Of a DNA stretch of 64,000 bases, positions 61,843-64,000 are shown in pieces. Numbering within the stretch: the first letter of the stretch is position 1; each line of letters starts with the position of its first letter. The notes beneath the pieces were generated by a model. The model searched no databases. It worked only from the letters and a program-made list of their open reading frames with translations, and had not been told where the DNA came from. Source of the DNA: an uncultured delta proteobacterium (lineage in GTDB: Bacteria; Myxococcota; Myxococcia; Myxococcales; Myxococcaceae); NCBI GenBank assembly GCA_963796055.1, contig CAWCKH010000003.1, positions 480,001 to 544,000 of the forward strand, in the 5' to 3' direction. Position numbers and translations under genes: made by a program.

Positions 61843-62505
61843 ATGCTCCTCGCCGTCCTCCCCAGCCTGGTGCTCCTGGCCGCCCCCAGCGCGGCACGGC
61901 CGGACAGCGTGCAGGACGCGCTCCGGCAGGCGTACGTCAGAGGAGATCTCCAGCGGGCGTACCCTGCTGCACGCGCCGGCTCCCTCGAGTCCGCCGAGGC
62001 GGCGCTGGATCCCGCCGTGGCGCTGCTCCGCTGGCTCGGGCTCGGAGGCATCGCTGCGCAGCTCCTCCGGCTCCTCGGGCTGGGCGGCGCGGTCCTGGCG
62101 GTGCTGCTCGGGGCGGTGTGGCTCGCCCGGAGGATGGCGGAGCGCGGGGAGCGCGGCTCGACCCTCGGGAGCGCGACCACCCCAGCGCTCGACGCCGGCC
62201 CGCTGCTCGACGCCGAGGCGCTCGCCGCGCAGGGCCGCTTCGGGGAGGCGATACACCTGCTTCTCCTCCGGACGTTCGAGGTGCTGGCGCGGCGGATGGG
62301 GTCACGGCTCGCCCCGGGGATGACGGCCCGCGAGGCGCTGGTCCGGCTGGCGCTGCCCGCCCCCGCGCAGCCCGCGCTGGCCGACCTGGTCGAGGCAGTG
62401 GAGACGACCACCTTCGCCGGGCGGTCCGCGTCCGAGGGCGACTACCGCCGCTGCGCCGAGCGCTTCACGGTCCTCAAGTCCGCCCTCGCCGGGGCCCGGG
62501 CATGA
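61843..62505 (+). CDS. DUF4129-like membrane protein (MoxR-associated)
   Basis: AEALAAQGRFGEAIHLLLL, TARE, FAGR; position upstream of moxR. Confidence 0.75.
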   Translation: MLLAVLPSLVLLAAPSAARPDSVQDALRQAYVRGDLQRAYPAARAGSLESAEAALDPAVALLRWLGLGGIAAQLLRLLGLGGAVLAVLLGAVWLARRMAERGERGSTLGSATTPALDAGPLLDAEALAAQGRFGEAIHLLLLRTFEVLARRMGSRLAPGMTAREALVRLALPAPAQPALADLVEAVETTTFAGRSASEGDYRRCAERFTVLKSALAGARA

Positions 62506-63698
62506 GGGGGCCCACGCTCTTCCCCCGCCGCTGGCTGGTGGCGCTGGGGGTGGTGGGGTGCCTGTCGCTCGGGGTGGCCGCGGTGCTGGCCCTGGATGCG
62601 CCCGCCCCGCCCGAGGCCCCTCCTCCGCCCGGCGTCGCCAGCCGCGCGGCCAATGGACACGCCGCGTTCCTCGCCTTCGTCCGCGCGCTGGGCATCGCCG
62701 CGCGGGTGGGTCCCTCGGCGGCGCACTCCGAAGGCATCGTCTGGGTGCTCGAGCCCGACCTCGACCCCGAGCGTCCGTCCACCCTGGCGCGGCTGGCCGC
62801 GCGCACCCTGGATGCGGACACCGTGGTGGTGGTGCTGCCGAAGTGGACCGGCGAGGGCGATCCCGGACGCCCGGGATGGCTCGGCCGCGCGCGGCTGCTG
62901 CCCACCCGCGAGGTGGCGGCCGGCCTCACCGCGCTGCACCTCCACGGCGCGGTGGTGCGGCGCGAGGGAACGACCCGGGTCGAGAGCGGCATCGGAGGCG
63001 GAAGCGCGGAGCTGGAGACGGCGCAGCTGGTGACCTCCGAGGACCTCGTCCCGCTGGTCTCGGGGCCCGACGGCATCCTGGTGGGCGAGCGCGAGGAGGA
63101 CGATCAGCATCTGGTGGTGGTGGCCGACCCGGATCTCCTCTCCAACGCCGGCCTGGACCGCGGCGACAACGCGCGGGTGCTGGCCGAGCTGCTCTCGATG
63201 CTCGACGCCGAGGAGGACGGGCTCACCATCGACGAGACCCTCCAGGCCCGTCGGGCCCGCAGCATCCTCGCCGGCCTCCTCCACTTCCCGTCGGTGCTGG
63301 CGGTGCTGCAGCTGCTGGTGGTGCTCGGGCTCGCGGTCTGGGCGGGCACACCGCGCTTCGGGACCCCGCTCCCCGAGCCGGACGACGGGCCGCACGGCGC
63401 GGAGGCGCTCATCGAGAGCGCGGTGACGTTGCAGACGCTCGCCGGCTCGTCGGTGGTCGCGGTGCGGGCGCTGCTCGAGTCGGCGCGGCGTGAGGTGCTG
63501 GAGCGGATGCACAGTCCCCCCAATCTCGATGCCCGCGCCGCCGACGCCTGGCTCGACGCCCGGCGGCGAGGGACCGAGGCCCCGACCAGTGCCGGCCTCC
63601 GGGCCGAGGTACAGGCGGCCACCACTCCACGGGCGGCGCTCGCCGCCGGCCGACGAATCCAGCGCTGGAGAGAGAGGATGCTCGATGGAGCTCGCTGA
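62502..63698 (+). CDS. DUF4350-like membrane protein (MoxR-associated)
   Basis: S....[34 protein letters not shown]. Confidence 0.75.
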   Translation: MRGPTLFPRRWLVALGVVGCLSLGVAAVLALDAPAPPEAPPPPGVASRAANGHAAFLAFVRALGIAARVGPSAAHSEGIVWVLEPDLDPERPSTLARLAARTLDADTVVVVLPKWTGEGDPGRPGWLGRARLLPTREVAAGLTALHLHGAVVRREGTTRVESGIGGGSAELETAQLVTSEDLVPLVSGPDGILVGEREEDDQHLVVVADPDLLSNAGLDRGDNARVLAELLSMLDAEEDGLTIDETLQARRARSILAGLLHFPSVLAVLQLLVVLGLAVWAGTPRFGTPLPEPDDGPHGAEALIESAVTLQTLAGSSVVAVRALLESARREVLERMHSPPNLDARAADAWLDARRRGTEAPTSAGLRAEVQAATTPRAALAAGRRIQRWRERMLDGAR

Positions 63699-64000
63699 GA
63701 CCCGTGCGCTATGCGAGGGGCTCCGCGCCCAGGTGCACAAGGCGGTGGTGGGCCAGGACGAGGTGCTCGATCTCCTCCTGGTGGCGCTGCTCTCCGAGGG
63801 GCACGTGCTCCTCGAGGGCCCGCCCGGCACCGCCAAGACCCTGCTCGCCCGGGCCTTCGCCGCCTGCCTCGCGCTGCGCTTCTCGCGGGTGCAGTTCACG
63901 CCGGATCTCATGCCCGGTGACGTCATCGGGACCAACCAGTTCGACTTCCGCACCAGCCAGTTCGTCCTCACCCGCGGGCCGATCTTCACCGACGTGCTGC
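63685..64000 (+). CDS. moxR: MoxR family AAA+ ATPase, 5' part (runs off the window end)
   Basis: [35 protein letters not shown]. Confidence 0.93.
   Translation, partial: MELAETRALCEGLRAQVHKAVVGQDEVLDLLLVALLSEGHVLLEGPPGTAKTLLARAFAACLALRFSRVQFTPDLMPGDVIGTNQFDFRTSQFVLTRGPIFTDVL

Overview
Very GC-rich, gene-dense chromosomal segment, most consistent with a myxobacterium (Myxococcales). This is inferred from gene content and order: che cluster-nusB-rib-nrdR-glyA-fab-rpmF, phoBR-phosphatase, pstSCAB-phoU, a Ser/Thr kinase with PEGA domains, and a MoxR cluster. The housekeeping backbone is punctuated by accessory blocks: a TRAP transporter, an M3 peptidase/Mo-oxidoreductase block, GNATs, a CADD-like oxidase and a PadR/monooxygenase pair. 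The most unusual elements are: (i) a DNA-repair island with Ku + LigD(LIG-POL) and a second LigC + Prim-PolC pair, enclosing an HTH-TPR gene and a Cys-motif MarR regulator that sits behind a ~110-nt inverted repeat; (ii) a P-protein (PheA) split into a CM-degenerate PDT-ACT gene and a catalytic-only PDT gene; (iii) a receptor-less, CheR/CheB-less chemosensory cluster; (iv) a sigma54-type promoter in front of an unannotated 55-codon ORF; (v) several accessory genes broken by internal deletions or frameshifts. No rRNA, tRNA, CRISPR array or transposase was recognised. All calls come from reading motifs by eye; no database search was run.
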